In this document: positions 51,759 to 64,000 of the stretch, in pieces
Numbering within the stretch: the first letter of the stretch is position 1
Layout of the letters: every line of letters starts with the position of its first letter
Source: Lytechinus pictus
Lineage: Eukaryota
NCBI RefSeq assembly: GCF_037042905.1
Contig: NC_087245.1
Coordinates: forward strand, 31,932,001-31,996,000
Length of the DNA stretch: 64,000 bases
Reading direction: 5' to 3'
The notes under the pieces: model-generated
The model's input: the letters and a program-made list of their open reading frames with translations, nothing else
Told to the model about the DNA's origin: nothing
Database searches by the model: none
Made by a program: the position numbers and the translations under genes

Positions 51759-54193
51759 GTAAGTACTGTTCTGTGACTCCATGTGGATGTTGGTATCACC
51801 ATAATTGTACTTCAACCGGCTAAGAGTTCTTGACTGGTAGTCCGTAGTGTCTCATCCCCATCTCACAATGCACCCACCCCCTCCTCCTATATGCCCTCTG
51901 CACAACACCACCTGCTTCAGGCGAATGCTTTTCTTTGAACTCCTGTTGACGTTGGTATCTCCATGAGTATACATGGACCCTCTGCACAACACCACCTGCT
52001 TCAGGCAAATACTGTTCTTTGAACGCCTGTTGATGTTGGTATCTCCATGAGTATACACCAACTGGCCAAGATATCTTGACTGGTCCAATTGTGTCCCATC
52101 CGCATCTGATACTTAACTCACCATCACTCCTTGCCCCCTCCCCCCAACACCACCCCACCAATTAGCTGAACCATGAATATGATCCTTTTTAAGAATTCAC
52201 TTTCCCTTGATCGTGGATGTAGATTTTCGGAGAGGGGCTTCCTCCATTCTCTCCCGGTGTGTTGACATTGTCGCATTTCCAACAAAAACAATCTTGACAT
52301 GGCTTCCATGTGGCTTGTCCACCCATCCTACCCCCCTCTCTGTCTTACTGGTTAGCAATGCGATAAATACATTCAAATGGAGATATATTTAAATCAGGAG
52401 AAGGGAAAAAATCTTGTATTCGTACATGAAAGAGTGCAGGACAAGAACGTGGATCATCCATTTGTTGAGACGTAGAGACAAATACTTTGCGACACACTGT
52501 TCAAGGGCAATTTGTAAGACATTTGATCATATTGGTTAAGAAGATATCGATGTACGAAAACAACTCCCTGTGTTTCCATCATACCGTAGCAAGTGGGGAA
52601 GACGGGAATTTTAGAGGGGTGTTTGGTCAAAGTGTCGTACAACTGATATGATTATACCTCTCAATCAAGCCCCCCTCCCCCATCACATTCCCTCATCCTC
52701 GCCCAAACATTTTTTCCTTGCCCTTTAAAATCGGCATGTTAAGGATAACAATTGACAACTGTATATCCAGATTTGTATGTACGGGAAGACGAGAAGGTCA
52801 CTTGATGGCGTTGAAATCAATACGGTCTCCATTTGGAATAAGCCTGATACACTTTGTAGTTCCGATATTTCAAGTGGTCAAATCAGGGTAAAATTGGAGA
52901 TGGGGGATTGGGCAGAGCTAGATTAGATTAGAATGTAGGAGAGAATTCCATCTTTTGAGTTTAATTTGTAACCTGTACAGTTAATCAAATAAGATATTGG
53001 ATGTTCGGAGCAGTGTTTCGTGTTTTGCCTGTTTTGACCTAGATCTGAATGAAAGCCAACTCAATTTCACCATTTCGTCCGTTTGAATTGGTTTTCATTA
53101 AAAAGATGTAATACATCCTGATGGATGTTGAGAAACCGATTGATTTTTTAATCCTCACGAAAACATCACGAAGATGAATATTGTGAGGGGAAAAAATACA
53201 ACAATGTCAGGCATTTTGAAAACGTGTGATATTTTCCAGCCATGTCCTTCAGAACACTGGTTCGTGTATGAACGACCAACTTGTGATATAAAGATTCTAA
53301 TTTGGTCAAAGATATTTATTCATAGAAAATATTAACCGTGAAAATTATTATCAATTGTCCCCTTGCGAAATGATAATTATACTCAAGAAAAAAAATCACC
53401 AAAATGGTGAATTCATAAATTTCAATTTCAAGATGAAATAAAAAAGAAAAAAATACGAGGTAGTTGATCGACTACAATATCATACGGTTCAAAGTATTGA
53501 AAATGTAATCTGACGGATAATTGGTTTGCATTTGGGTAATACAGAAGGATGAAATAATAGATTCTTGGGAGAAATTTTGCTCACGTTGAAAAAAGACTGG
53601 AATTTCGTTGTTGTATTTTCAAAGAAGAAGACTGACGTTATTTGTGTCTGCACACTGTTAAAATACATAATATTCCACTTATCAGTGTTGTATTTTCAAA
53701 ATCACTTTTGAAAGGAAGATTTTTTTCTCCAATTCGGTTTGCTACTATGTAGACAAAATGTGGTGTTTTTTCACGCGAGATTATTTTCTCAACGTGTTGA
53801 TTTACAAAATACACTATGCAAAATTGCTTTTATTCGATACAAAATGGTTAAAGACTGAGCTAGGCTAATACACCAGTTGCAGAAAATGGGCCTATTAACG
53901 CCATCTTGCAGCAGAAAAAGAAAATCTCTATCTGAGTTCACGAGGAGTATATAATTGTTTGTTTTTCTCAGAATATCAGAGCACCATTCAGCTCTGGTTT
54001 CATGAAGCTTGGCAGCACTTACAAGTTGTCATAGTCTGACAGTTACCACAGTGCTTCTCAGCCAATCAAACCCAATGACAAGTTGGGAACTTATGACGTA
54101 GTTGTCAGATTCGACATCTTGTCAGACGACAAAATATAAACGAACCCCCCCCCCCTCCCCCCGGGTCCAAGAAAGATTTCACTCTGCTTTAAT

Positions 54194-54511
54194 AGGGACT
54201 TTCGCACCACGACGCATGACGTATTCAAGAACACAGTAAATCTATTGAAAATGCCCGTCAAATGACAAATGGACCGCTGGGAGGTCTTTGTCTAAATTGG
54301 TGAACCGGAAGAAAAGTTTCGTCCAAAGTTTCGGAGCTGACGAAAAGTTGCAAATATTCATGTGTTCGGAGTCCAGGACGAAACTGCTGTTTTGATTTAC
54401 CAATTTTCGAAAAAAAAATGGATTCTTGGCTGTTCTTTGCCATGAATGGCATTTGACAATACATTTTCTATGTTCTTGAATCTGTCGTGCGTTGTGGAGC
54501 AAAAACACCCG
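54194..54511. mobile_element. MITE with ~60-bp imperfect TIR
   Basis: agggactttcgcaccacgacgcatgacgtattcaagaaca mirrored by tgttcttgaatctgtcgtgcgttgtggagcaaaaacaccc. Confidence 0.7.
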
Positions 54512-55524
54512 ATTGTCAGCAACCAGCAGAAACTGTGGTGTTGACTGGTGTACATACATAAAGAACCACACCAGTCATTTTACTCTGGTCTTACTTCAAC
54601 ACATATTGGTGTTATTACAACACCTTTGGTTGTTCCTTTACACTCTTTGGTGTAAGTTTCAAATTCACCATAGGGTGTAATTATGATACCCCATGGTGTG
54701 GTCATCTAGGGACACAAACTGGTGTGTTAGTTTTATTAACACCAAAGTTTTGTAGTGCATGGTTAGTTAGTCCATGATGTTTGGGAATTAACAAGACTTT
54801 GAAATAAATGGAAAAATATGATTAAATTGATTGACACATTTTATAACAAACTTAAATGATATCATTAAAACGTGAATGAAACAGTTAGTAGGTGAATAAT
54901 GAAATTTAACACAATCATGATACGCAAAGAAATACCTCGCATCCAACGATTAATCGCTTTGGAAAAAATGTATAACTATAATTATGTAACTGTTGCTCCT
55001 GTTGAATAATTGATTTATTGACCTAATAAAGGATGATTATAATTTCAGAAATCATCATATTCCCTACGTGGTTTCGATCATGGCAGGTTAACGACACGTG
55101 TAGCACGTAATTATAGAAACCACAAATTCGCAGAAAGCTTCTTAAGAGAGAAAGATTCTTTATAATCTTCTCAGACTCATATTTACCGCAACTCATCTCG
55201 CGTCTTCCCGCCAAAATGTCTTGCTTTTATCAGCCTTCTCTTACCTACTTTGGCAGGGGATTTAAGGGGGTGTATCTAGTTATGACCATATCTATTCTCT
55301 CTCCGATGCATGAAGGTTATCCAACTCTTAATCGGATTATCAATATACTGACACAGATCTATTGGTTATAATTTGTATATCTAGATTGAATAGATCGATA
55401 AAGTACACACCACGTATACTGGTTGGGCAAGAGATGATAACACCCTACATTATACGTCGAAGGTCGCACATGCTTAAAGATCAGTGCAGAGTAATTTAAA
55501 TGCTTGGAATTAATCTTACGAACG

Positions 55525-56990
55525 TTTGCAAGGTTTTTTGGTTGATTAGTGTTCTAGATGGGTTTGAAGTATATATAGCTTTAGTACGATGATAATTTTG
55601 ATAAGAAAGGAAAATCAGAGTCTTAAATGAATTCTTCATCGCAGAAATGCTTAAGAAGAGCTCTATAATTGATTTTTTTTGTCAGGTTTACTAGATTAAA
55701 AGAGCGACAAAGAAATCTTGATAACTTAGGATAACTGTATTATTCATATTTCCAAACTTTCTAGATCATAACGTGACAAAGAAATCTACCGGCCGATTGC
55801 ATGAATATCAATAATGAGCCTATTACGGTTATCATTACATTAACTAAAAAGCCGAAAGCTAAAGTCATGAATGAATTCATCATCACAGAAAACCTTATAA
55901 AAGCCTTATTATTCATGTTTTCAGGCTTTGGGGATATGAAATAACAAAGAAATACACATGTTACACATATAGTGCATTATGCTAATTACGGTAATTACTT
56001 CATTGGCTTAAAAGGAAAACTATATTAGAGTCATAAATGATTTCCTCATATAGAAAACCCTATAGAAAAGCTGCATTATTCATGTTGTCAGGCTTTCTGG
56101 ATATAAAATGACAGAGAAATCCAGGTATATTACACACATTCTGTTATTAGTGAAATTATGCTAATTACGACAGTCTTACTGTATAAAAAGGAACATGAGT
56201 CATAAATGAATTTCTCGTCATAGAAAACCATAAAAGAGCTGTATTTATAATTCGCGTTTTCAGGCTTTGGGGATATAAAATGCACATAATTTCTGCGCTA
56301 TATAAATCAGTGTATTATTATTATCGTTATTATTATTATAAAATGACAAAGAAATATAATAATTATGTTTCACATATATGTTAATTAGTGCATTATGTTA
56401 ATTATGGTGATTATTTAGGCTTAAAAGGAAAACTAGAGTCATAAATGAATTATTCACCATATTTAACCCTAGAATAGCTGTGTTATTTATGTTTTCAGGT
56501 TTTCTGGATGTATGATGACAAATATTGCACATGTATATTAATTAGTGAATTATGCTAATTATGATAATCTTCCTGCATAAAAAGGAAAATTATAGTCTAA
56601 ATAAATTCCTCGTCATAGAAAACCAATTATGAGCTGTATTATTTATGTTTTGGGGGGATTTCTGGACATACATTCACAAATCGGTCTATGTATTACACTT
56701 ATGCTAATTAGCTCATCATGTTAATTACACTGATTACGATGACTGCTTTGCCTAAGAATAAAAGGTCATGAATGAATTCCTTGTCACAAGAACCCTTAGA
56801 AAAATGGTATTATTTATTTATCTTTCTTGTTTTAGATAAGTTGCATATTACATATATAAAGTATGCAAGTTACATGATTATTCTAATTTAAAAAAATGCC
56901 CAAGGTTGCCAAGGTGGCAACCAAGCTAAGTTTACTTCAAACCCCATCTAGAACGCACATCAAACAAAAAACCTTGTACTTAACAACTTT
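55525..56990. mobile_element. TIR element with internal ~200-bp tandem repeats
   Basis: caaggttttttg..gttctagatgggtttgaagta / tacttcaaaccccatctagaac..caaaaaaccttg; about 6 internal units containing gtcataaatgaatt..agaaaacc..ttcatgttttcaggcttt. Confidence 0.8.
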
Positions 56991-57668
56991 TCCAGGTACG
57001 GAAGACTTCTACTGGACTACCTGTTTTGTCCAGTATTATATGCTATTCATCTTATATAATTATGTTCGCGGGATGGATGTTGAATAAAACCCTAATAAAG
57101 TATGTTCTTAAGTAAGCAAGGGCATATTTAAAAGGACATTAGAGCAGTAAGTAAGGTCTACATTCCCCCTGCCAACCCAATTCGAAACCCCATCAATTTC
57201 AATGTTGACGTTTGAAAAAAGCTACGTGTAAGATTAGAAATCAAGTTGATTTTATCAGTTATTCAAAATGTTTAGCACATCAACGAATAAATCATAATAT
57301 TTGGAAGAATCTCTGATAAAAAAGAAACCCATATCAAACAAGGCCATTGCAAATGCTGACCCAGTTTTCAATATCTTTTAATCGTTCTGTCATTTTTTTT
57401 ATCCTTCGCATAAGCACAAAAAAGTATGTTCCAGATTTGTCAAGATATCGTTCGCCTGACCTAGATGTGATATTGATATCAGCCTACTGATAGAAACGAA
57501 GGCGAGTTTGCCGTTATGACATGATGCATGTTGCATGTTTACAAGTAAAAATTATTATTGTCTGGGCCTATTGTCATTTTATTTATATTCGGCATTTCAG
57601 CAAAGATTAAGTTACAAGCAAGTTACATGATTACAAAGACAGAACAAGGATAGCTACAGAAAGTCCAG

Positions 57669-57846
57669 GTGGGTGTTTCATAAAGCTGTTCGTAAGTTTA
57701 TTAATAAGAGCGACTTTAAGAACGACTGGTGATCCTTTCTTGTGGTAAATGGTATATTCATTGGCGATGGTTTAGCGCATAAGAAATGATCACCAGTCGT
57801 TCTTAAAGTCGCTCTTAACTTACGAACAGCTTTATGAAACGACCCC
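57669..57846. mobile_element. Near-perfect foldback MITE, CAG TSD (Harbinger-like)
   Basis: gtttcataaagctgttcgtaagtt..taagagcgactttaagaacgactggtgatc and its reverse complement; cag on both sides. Confidence 0.88.
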
Positions 57847-57881
57847 CAGGTTGCCTGGGAAAGGAAAAGTAAAATCAGGCA

Positions 57882-58080
57882 GGCGCGATAGCTCAGTCGG
57901 TAGAGCGGGGGTTTCGGATTCCGGTGACCCGGGTTCGATTCCCAAGTGGTGCGCTAGTGCCCTTTTGTAAGGCACTTATCGTCATTACCAGATCCCTCGG
58001 AGAGGACCTTAAGCCGTTGGTCCCCTGGTTGCTTGCTCACAGGCACTCGTGCTTTCTTAGCAGTAGTCAGGTAAAAAAAC
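57882..58080 (+). mobile_element. Second tRNA-derived SINE family
   Basis: A box tagctcagtcgg and B box ggttcgattcc, followed by a non-tRNA body ggagaggaccttaagccgttggtccc and an A-rich end. Confidence 0.8.
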
Positions 58081-59223
58081 CTCGGTATAACAAAATAAGC
58101 TACTATAACCTGTAGGCTTTCCTCCCCTACCTAGACTTGTAAGTACATGTAAACATCCACGATGATAAAAGCACACATACAAATTCAGATAGAAATAGCA
58201 TGCAAAAGTTGATATGTATACAAAAAATAAAATGAAATAAAGCGGGATACAAAACAAAATATAGGTCAACTTAAAAGAAAAGGTGTGATGATTGATATTT
58301 TATTGTAAATATTACTTATATTGAAGAGGTAAATGAAATATAAACTTACAAGTCAAATGGTTTGGAATTGACAACCAGAAGGGAATATGAAGGTCGGTAT
58401 AATACATGTAGGTGTGTGTTCATTAAAACAAAAGGGAACATAATGTACTCCTGACTATTACTTTTCTTCATCAGGTTTAACAAGAATTCTGGATGTATCG
58501 CCATTATTAGTCTGAGAAAAGATCAAATGACCAGAATACTGCTGAAAACTATTAACACAAAACTGAAGTATACTGCATGATAATGCTTTCAGTTATGTCT
58601 GAATATTGCAAAAATAGCATCCGTTATTTATGTTTTAGGAGATAATTCTATTTTAAACCCTGTTTATATTTCGAGTGACGTTTTTCGGATTTGTAAAAGA
58701 AAAAGGAACGCAAATGCACATTCTCACTCCAATTTCACTCTTTAGAAATTCACTCTTTGAAGATCGAACATTTTCATTTTTCAAAGACTGGGAGGGAAAT
58801 AAAAGTCAAACAGCACGATTTATATCTTTGGTTGATTATGATTATTATTTGGCGACTCTGATTACACTACTCCCGGCACCACTTTTGTTGTGCATGCTTA
58901 ATAGACTTTTTTTTAGGGGGGCAAATAAATGGTCTTATAATGCGCCAGTGTACACTTACACAAAACAACAAATATATCTATCGTCTCAAAACAATTTTAA
59001 TATTCAAAAAGAGAATGCTGATAAATCAAATATCATATCCAAATGTAAGGGTTTTTTCACTCGGCTATCCACAGAGAGATTTTTATACGTATCCTTTATT
59101 CTTGACATTATTTCTGTTTCACATTTTTTGGGTAGAATATATGCCTAATTGGTGTACATGTATGATCAATGTTGTGAGCCCAAATCATATACGTAACCAT
59201 TTTTTTCCTATCTAATCTTTCAG

Positions 59224-59394
59224 CTGTCGTATTCTTCGGCCTCACCAAAGTTATCCGAGAGAGATCTCTTTCCAAAGTTTTTCCGGATGTTCCCACCAGA
59301 GACAGTCTTCAATGTCGTCAAGTTCGCCATGTTACGCCACTTCAACTGGCATAAGGTCGCCACTTTACACCAAACCATCGAACTCTTCTCACTG
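59224..59394 (+). CDS. GABBR-like: GABA-B receptor-like, next exon (LSYSSASPKLSERDLFPKFFRMFPPETVFNVVKFAMLRHFNWHKVATLHQTIELFSL)
   Basis: ttttcag| acceptor and |gtatgg donor; 171 bp, phase 0-0. LSY...SP.LS....FP.FFR and F.W..VATL.Q motifs; in frame with the previous exon. Confidence 0.93.
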
Positions 59395-59736
59395 GTATGG
59401 ACTGATTCTATTCAATTTAATTTAATTATGCAATATTTTCATTAAATACTTAAACAATTGTTACATACACATATAGATATGAAGATGAGCTTATGGATAA
59501 ATTTTTTATTGATCAATTTTTGATACTCAAATTTATGTAAATTTTGTGTATCAAAAAATATCATTCTCATTATTTTTGTCTTAAATTTCTAACCCCCAAA
59601 ATACTGTAGCCCCTCGAGCACAAAATCAATAGCAATACAAAGAATCACATAGCGTTGTAATTCGTACTGCTTTGATATACATATATATATATGTATGTAT
59701 ATATATATATATATATACCATCAAAATTTACACTTA

Positions 59737-60212
59737 CAGTGGTGCTAGAACGTTAGTGAATCCAACCTTCATGCTGAGTGATGAATGGAGACAACAGCAC
59801 TACAATTATGTTCGGTGAGCCCAGAGAAACGAGCTTTATTGAATGTAATATTTTTATCACCTGACTTCACAATTAAATATCTAAAACATTGCAGAACCTA
59901 AACACTTGAAACATGATCATTTTCCGCAGGGGTTCACTAACTTTTTAGCACCACTGTGCTAAAATGTATATATATATACATTCAAAGTTTACTTTTACAG
60001 TGGTGCTAGAAAATTAGTGAACTCCACCTTCATGCTGAGTGTTGAATGGAGACAACAGCACTACAATGTTCGGTGATCAAAACAAAACTTTATTGAATGT
60101 AATATTTTATCATCTGACTTCACAATTAAATATCTAAAACATAGCAGAACCTGAACACTTGAAATATGATCATTTTCCGCAGGGGTAATTCACGACCTTT
60201 TTAGCACCAATG
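59737..60212. mobile_element. Two tandem Tc1/mariner-like MITEs (59737-59956 and 59998-60212)
   Basis: ta|cagtggtgctagaa ... tttttagcaccactg; near-identical second copy. Confidence 0.85.
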
Positions 60213-60380
60213 TATCTTTCAAAAGACAGTTTAATTTTATGACAATATTTATCTGTTTAAACGATATTAATACCGACTGAAAAAAAGTATTAAATGAAAA
60301 CCACCTTTTTGTGGGGCGAATTCACAACGCCTGGCCTCGCAATGATATATGGGTCATAAATCAAAGATAGAAGGATCACT

Positions 60381-63300
60381 AATTTCCTGCAATGTTTATT
60401 GCATTCCATTCAAGGTTAACAAGCCCATAATGTCATTCACTTATTTTATAAGTACCTTGTGTTGGTGTCCTTTTTTTTACTGACAATTGGTACAAGCTGT
60501 TAAATTCCTTAATATAAAAATAAATAGATATCTTTGAGGGAAGACCTTACAAATGATGATGTAAGAGACCAAACGAAAGTTACTCAGCCAAATAATTGCA
60601 AAACGAAGGCTGAAATGGCTTGGTCACGTCCTAGGATGCCAGAAAACAACATAGTCAGGAAGGCTGGAAACCAGAAGCAGGGTAAAAAGGAAAAGAGGGA
60701 GACCGCATCTAACATGGTGGAGAACAATTAAAAGAGATCTTACTGATCGGGACACAACTTGGAACGAAGCAGTCCTCATCCCCCATGATCGATGCCAATG
60801 GCGGACCCTTGCGAATCAATGTCCACATATACATGTATATGGAACATGCTAAGTTCTAAGGTCTAATTAAATTCCTTGCTTCTGATTGCCTGGCAGAAAC
60901 ATTTCCAGTAAAAGTGACAAAATAATGCTGGTGATAAAAGTATGCATTTGACAAGACGATCCGTAAGACTGTCCCCTGTAATTCAAGTTGGGATGATTTA
61001 ATATCTTACAACATCTCCATATAAACTGACAATGATGTATCGGATTCATTACAGGGCATAATTACGAATGTCATTTATCATCATTTCTCTCTAATTTGTT
61101 GAAAGGCAAACCTTGTAGGGAAGTTTATCTTCATTTCTTTCTGCCGTCGAATTTCATTTTTTGTTTGTTTCATTGATCAAGCTCTCAATGGAAAATTTCG
61201 ACACAATAATATTTTGATACACAGCTCTATAAAGGGATTGTTAAACTTTATTCAGGATATAAAGATGCTTCTCTTACAGCCAGTGCTGTAACCATAGTTC
61301 CAAAACTCGAGATCAGACAGGAATCACCCGAGATTTTTAGGCTAATCGATCAATATGATGACTGCATTCTCTAACGTCCATACGTTGTAGTCAATAGAGG
61401 GAAATGATAATTCATACAATACATGTATTGAGAATCATGTAATGATACTTATCAAAAATATTTTCAAGGTATCCTACAAAAACAATGTTACATGCACTGG
61501 CAGCATGTAGGGCCTCACATGGATTTTATTTATTATTCATTATTCGAATACAAAAAAAAGTTAAAAGGCCACCGCCATTTCTGGAAGGAACCACTTGTAT
61601 TTTACTTTTTTTGACAAGCACTAAAAATAATGGGTCATCGAAATTCTGTCAGGGGTCTCTCTGGCAACGCCCCATACCCCACTCAGGTATAGGCCTACGT
61701 GTATTTACCACGTGACGTATTAATCTTTCGATTTCCATCAAGAAGTTTTATTTTCTCTTTTTTTATTCAAATCAACTTTTTGTTCACCCAAGAAAAATGT
61801 CGATTTGAATCAATAGCGAAAAATTAAACGAGGATAATGCTGGAAATTTCATAAAAATCGGATGTAAAATAGGAAAGTTATGACATTTTAGAATATCGCC
61901 TATTTTTCACAAAACAAAACTCGGTGACATGCAAATGAGAGAGTCGATGATGTCCCTTACTCACTATTTCTTTTGGTTTTTTTTATTGATTGAAATAAAC
62001 AATATTTCATTTTTTTACAAATTTTACAATAAGAGCTAACTTGACTGACACATAAAATACCACATGTTCAGGGAGGAATAATATTCCACATGATAATGAG
62101 GAGAAAATTAGAATATTTCATACAATAAAATACAAGAGAAATAGTGAGTGGATGATGTCATCAGTCTCCTCATTTGGATACCGACCAGGGTGTACATTAT
62201 AACTGTCTTGTGCAATTAAGGGAAACTAAAAACTGCCATAACTTTCTCATTTTACATCCAACTTTGATGAAATTTTCACTGTTTTGCATGTTGGATTTTC
62301 TCTTTTTATTCAAATCAACTTTTCGTTGGGGGTGGACTTGTCCTTTAAGTGAAAATTGAATGGAATAAGCTTTACTTTGTATTAGTTTTTTTTGTATTCT
62401 TGTAGAACTTAAGTATAGTTTAGTAATTACGTAGAAACCACATGGATATTTCCATCCCTTTCGTAGTTTGGTATTTATCAAGACCATTCAGCACTATAAT
62501 ATATGGCTCTTGGAATCAAGATACAAGGACTGTCGATTTCCTGTTATATTTATTACATTTCCATTCATGGTTAACAAGCCCATAATGTCAGTCAGTTGAT
62601 TTACTAATACATGTTATAAGATCTTCTATTCCGAGAGCATTACATGAAGCGAATGTTCGTGCCCCTTTTAACTAACAATTTATTGTTACAAGCTATTAAA
62701 ATCCTTGCTTGTGATTGGCTGACAGAAACATTTCCAGTGAAATTAATTGACAAGACTATTAGTGAATCTATCCACTTGATTTTCAAGTTGGGATGATTTG
62801 ATATCTTACCGTATCTTCATATAAACCGACAATAATGTATGGGATTCATTACAGGGCATAATTACGAATGTCATTTATCATCATTTCTGTCTACTGTGTT
62901 GAAAGGCAAACCTCGTAGGGAAGTTTATCTTCATTTCATTCTGCCGTCGTATTTCATTGTTATTTTTGTTTAATTGATCAAGCTTTCAAGGGAACATTTC
63001 GACACAAATTTTGATACACAGCTCTATAAAGGGATTGATTAACTTTATTCAGGTTCTATAAGCATGCTTCTCTTGCAGTCAATGCTGTAAGCATAGTTCC
63101 AAAACTTAAGATCAGGCAGGAATAACCTCAGATATTTACGCTAATCGATCGCTTTTTATGAAAGTCATATAAACGTCCATATAATGTAATAGATGGAGAA
63201 TATCATTATTTAAAATAGTTGAGAATCATGATGCTTTTGAAATAATATCTTCAAGGTATCCTCTATAAACGATTTTACACGCACTGACAACATGTAGAGC
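60381..63300 (+). repeat. Local direct duplication (~0.78 kb): 60381-61510 (with RTE insert) vs 62535-63300
   Basis: Shared blocks such as ggttaacaagcccataatgtca, ggattcattacagggcataattacgaatgtcatttatcatcatttct and ttttgatacacagctctataaagggattg. Confidence 0.9.
60511..60866 (+). mobile_element. 5'-truncated RTE-clade LINE with 11-bp TSD
   Basis: Degenerate ..RMPENNIVRKA..GKRKRGRP..TWWRTIKRDL....TWNEA...A/HDRCQWR; TSD ttaaattcctt (60500-60510 and 60867-60877). Confidence 0.85.
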
Positions 63301-64000
63301 CCGACATGTCTCAGACTTTTGCAACCTCCACAAATATACTTTTAAATGTTGTATGTTTATTTTAAAGCGGATTGATTCTTGTCAAAGAAGATCTTGTTTT
63401 TTTTTCCAAGGGACCTTGGAGACCTATATGTTCTTCATAGCATGTTTTTGTATATTTATGATTTTTTTATATATGGCTCCAATCATTCTTATCATTTGCA
63501 ATGCTGTGTAGTTCAATATAAGTTTTTATCATTATTATCTTGATGCAATCCTAGACATATTCTCCTCCATGTCCTCGGGGATACAATCCTTGATGGGTTT
63601 GATTAAACTTTGTATATGTCCTTAGATATGTTTTGACTTCACAGTTACTTGTATATGGATGAATGAAAATAGATACAAATACAAATATACAATAACTGAT
63701 CGACGAGACAAATAAAACAGCGTTATATAAGCAAAGGAATTATAGGGCTTACAATCAACAATTCATTCATCTATCATACAATATTTGTCTCACTGCAGAA
63801 TGCTTTCGAGTACGGTATCCGTTTATTGAACTGATTTGTTTCCAAGTCATGGTCATCTCTAATCGATCGATCTCCCTCTTTATGGCAATTATCTTCATTC
63901 AAAGTTTGTTAATATGAATAAAATCAATAGCTCATACGATTGCAATACTATTTATTTTAAAGTCAAGGCAGTATTTTGTTTAACTTCCGTACAATATACC

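Noticed and set aside
58675..59148. 157-aa ORF upstream of the receptor exon
   Set aside because: AT-rich intronic sequence with low-complexity translation and a non-ATG start.

Overview
AT-rich eukaryotic, repeat-dense window. The SINE/MITE repertoire and frequent 'taggccta' motif suggest an echinoid (sea-urchin-like) genome; this is an inference. Two consecutive in-frame coding exons of a GABA-B-receptor-like class C GPCR lie on the + strand (51618-51758, 59224-59394). I could not find its upstream coding exon in the window, so positions 1-51617 may all be intronic. The left half holds a decayed, intron-rich gene (+, 6207-29339, about 11 candidate exons). It carries the motifs CC..YCL, LCKHGWRLILGITRTR, RFSKCDIC and FLMKGHAHEDIDQLF, typical of DUF7869/Sola-like RNase-H-fold transposases, plus a Tudor-like C-terminal module. 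It has frameshifts and premature stops and lacks the central catalytic exons. It is followed by a 3.07-kb array of about 93 copies of a 33-bp palindrome-containing unit with an 18-monomer higher-order duplication. The rest is nested non-autonomous DNA transposons (hAT-, piggyBac/Kolobok-, Harbinger-, Tc1- and Helentron-like), tRNA-derived SINEs, LINE 3' fragments, a Penelope-type insert with a hammerhead ribozyme motif, and local duplications. Most ORFs in the supplied track are spurious.
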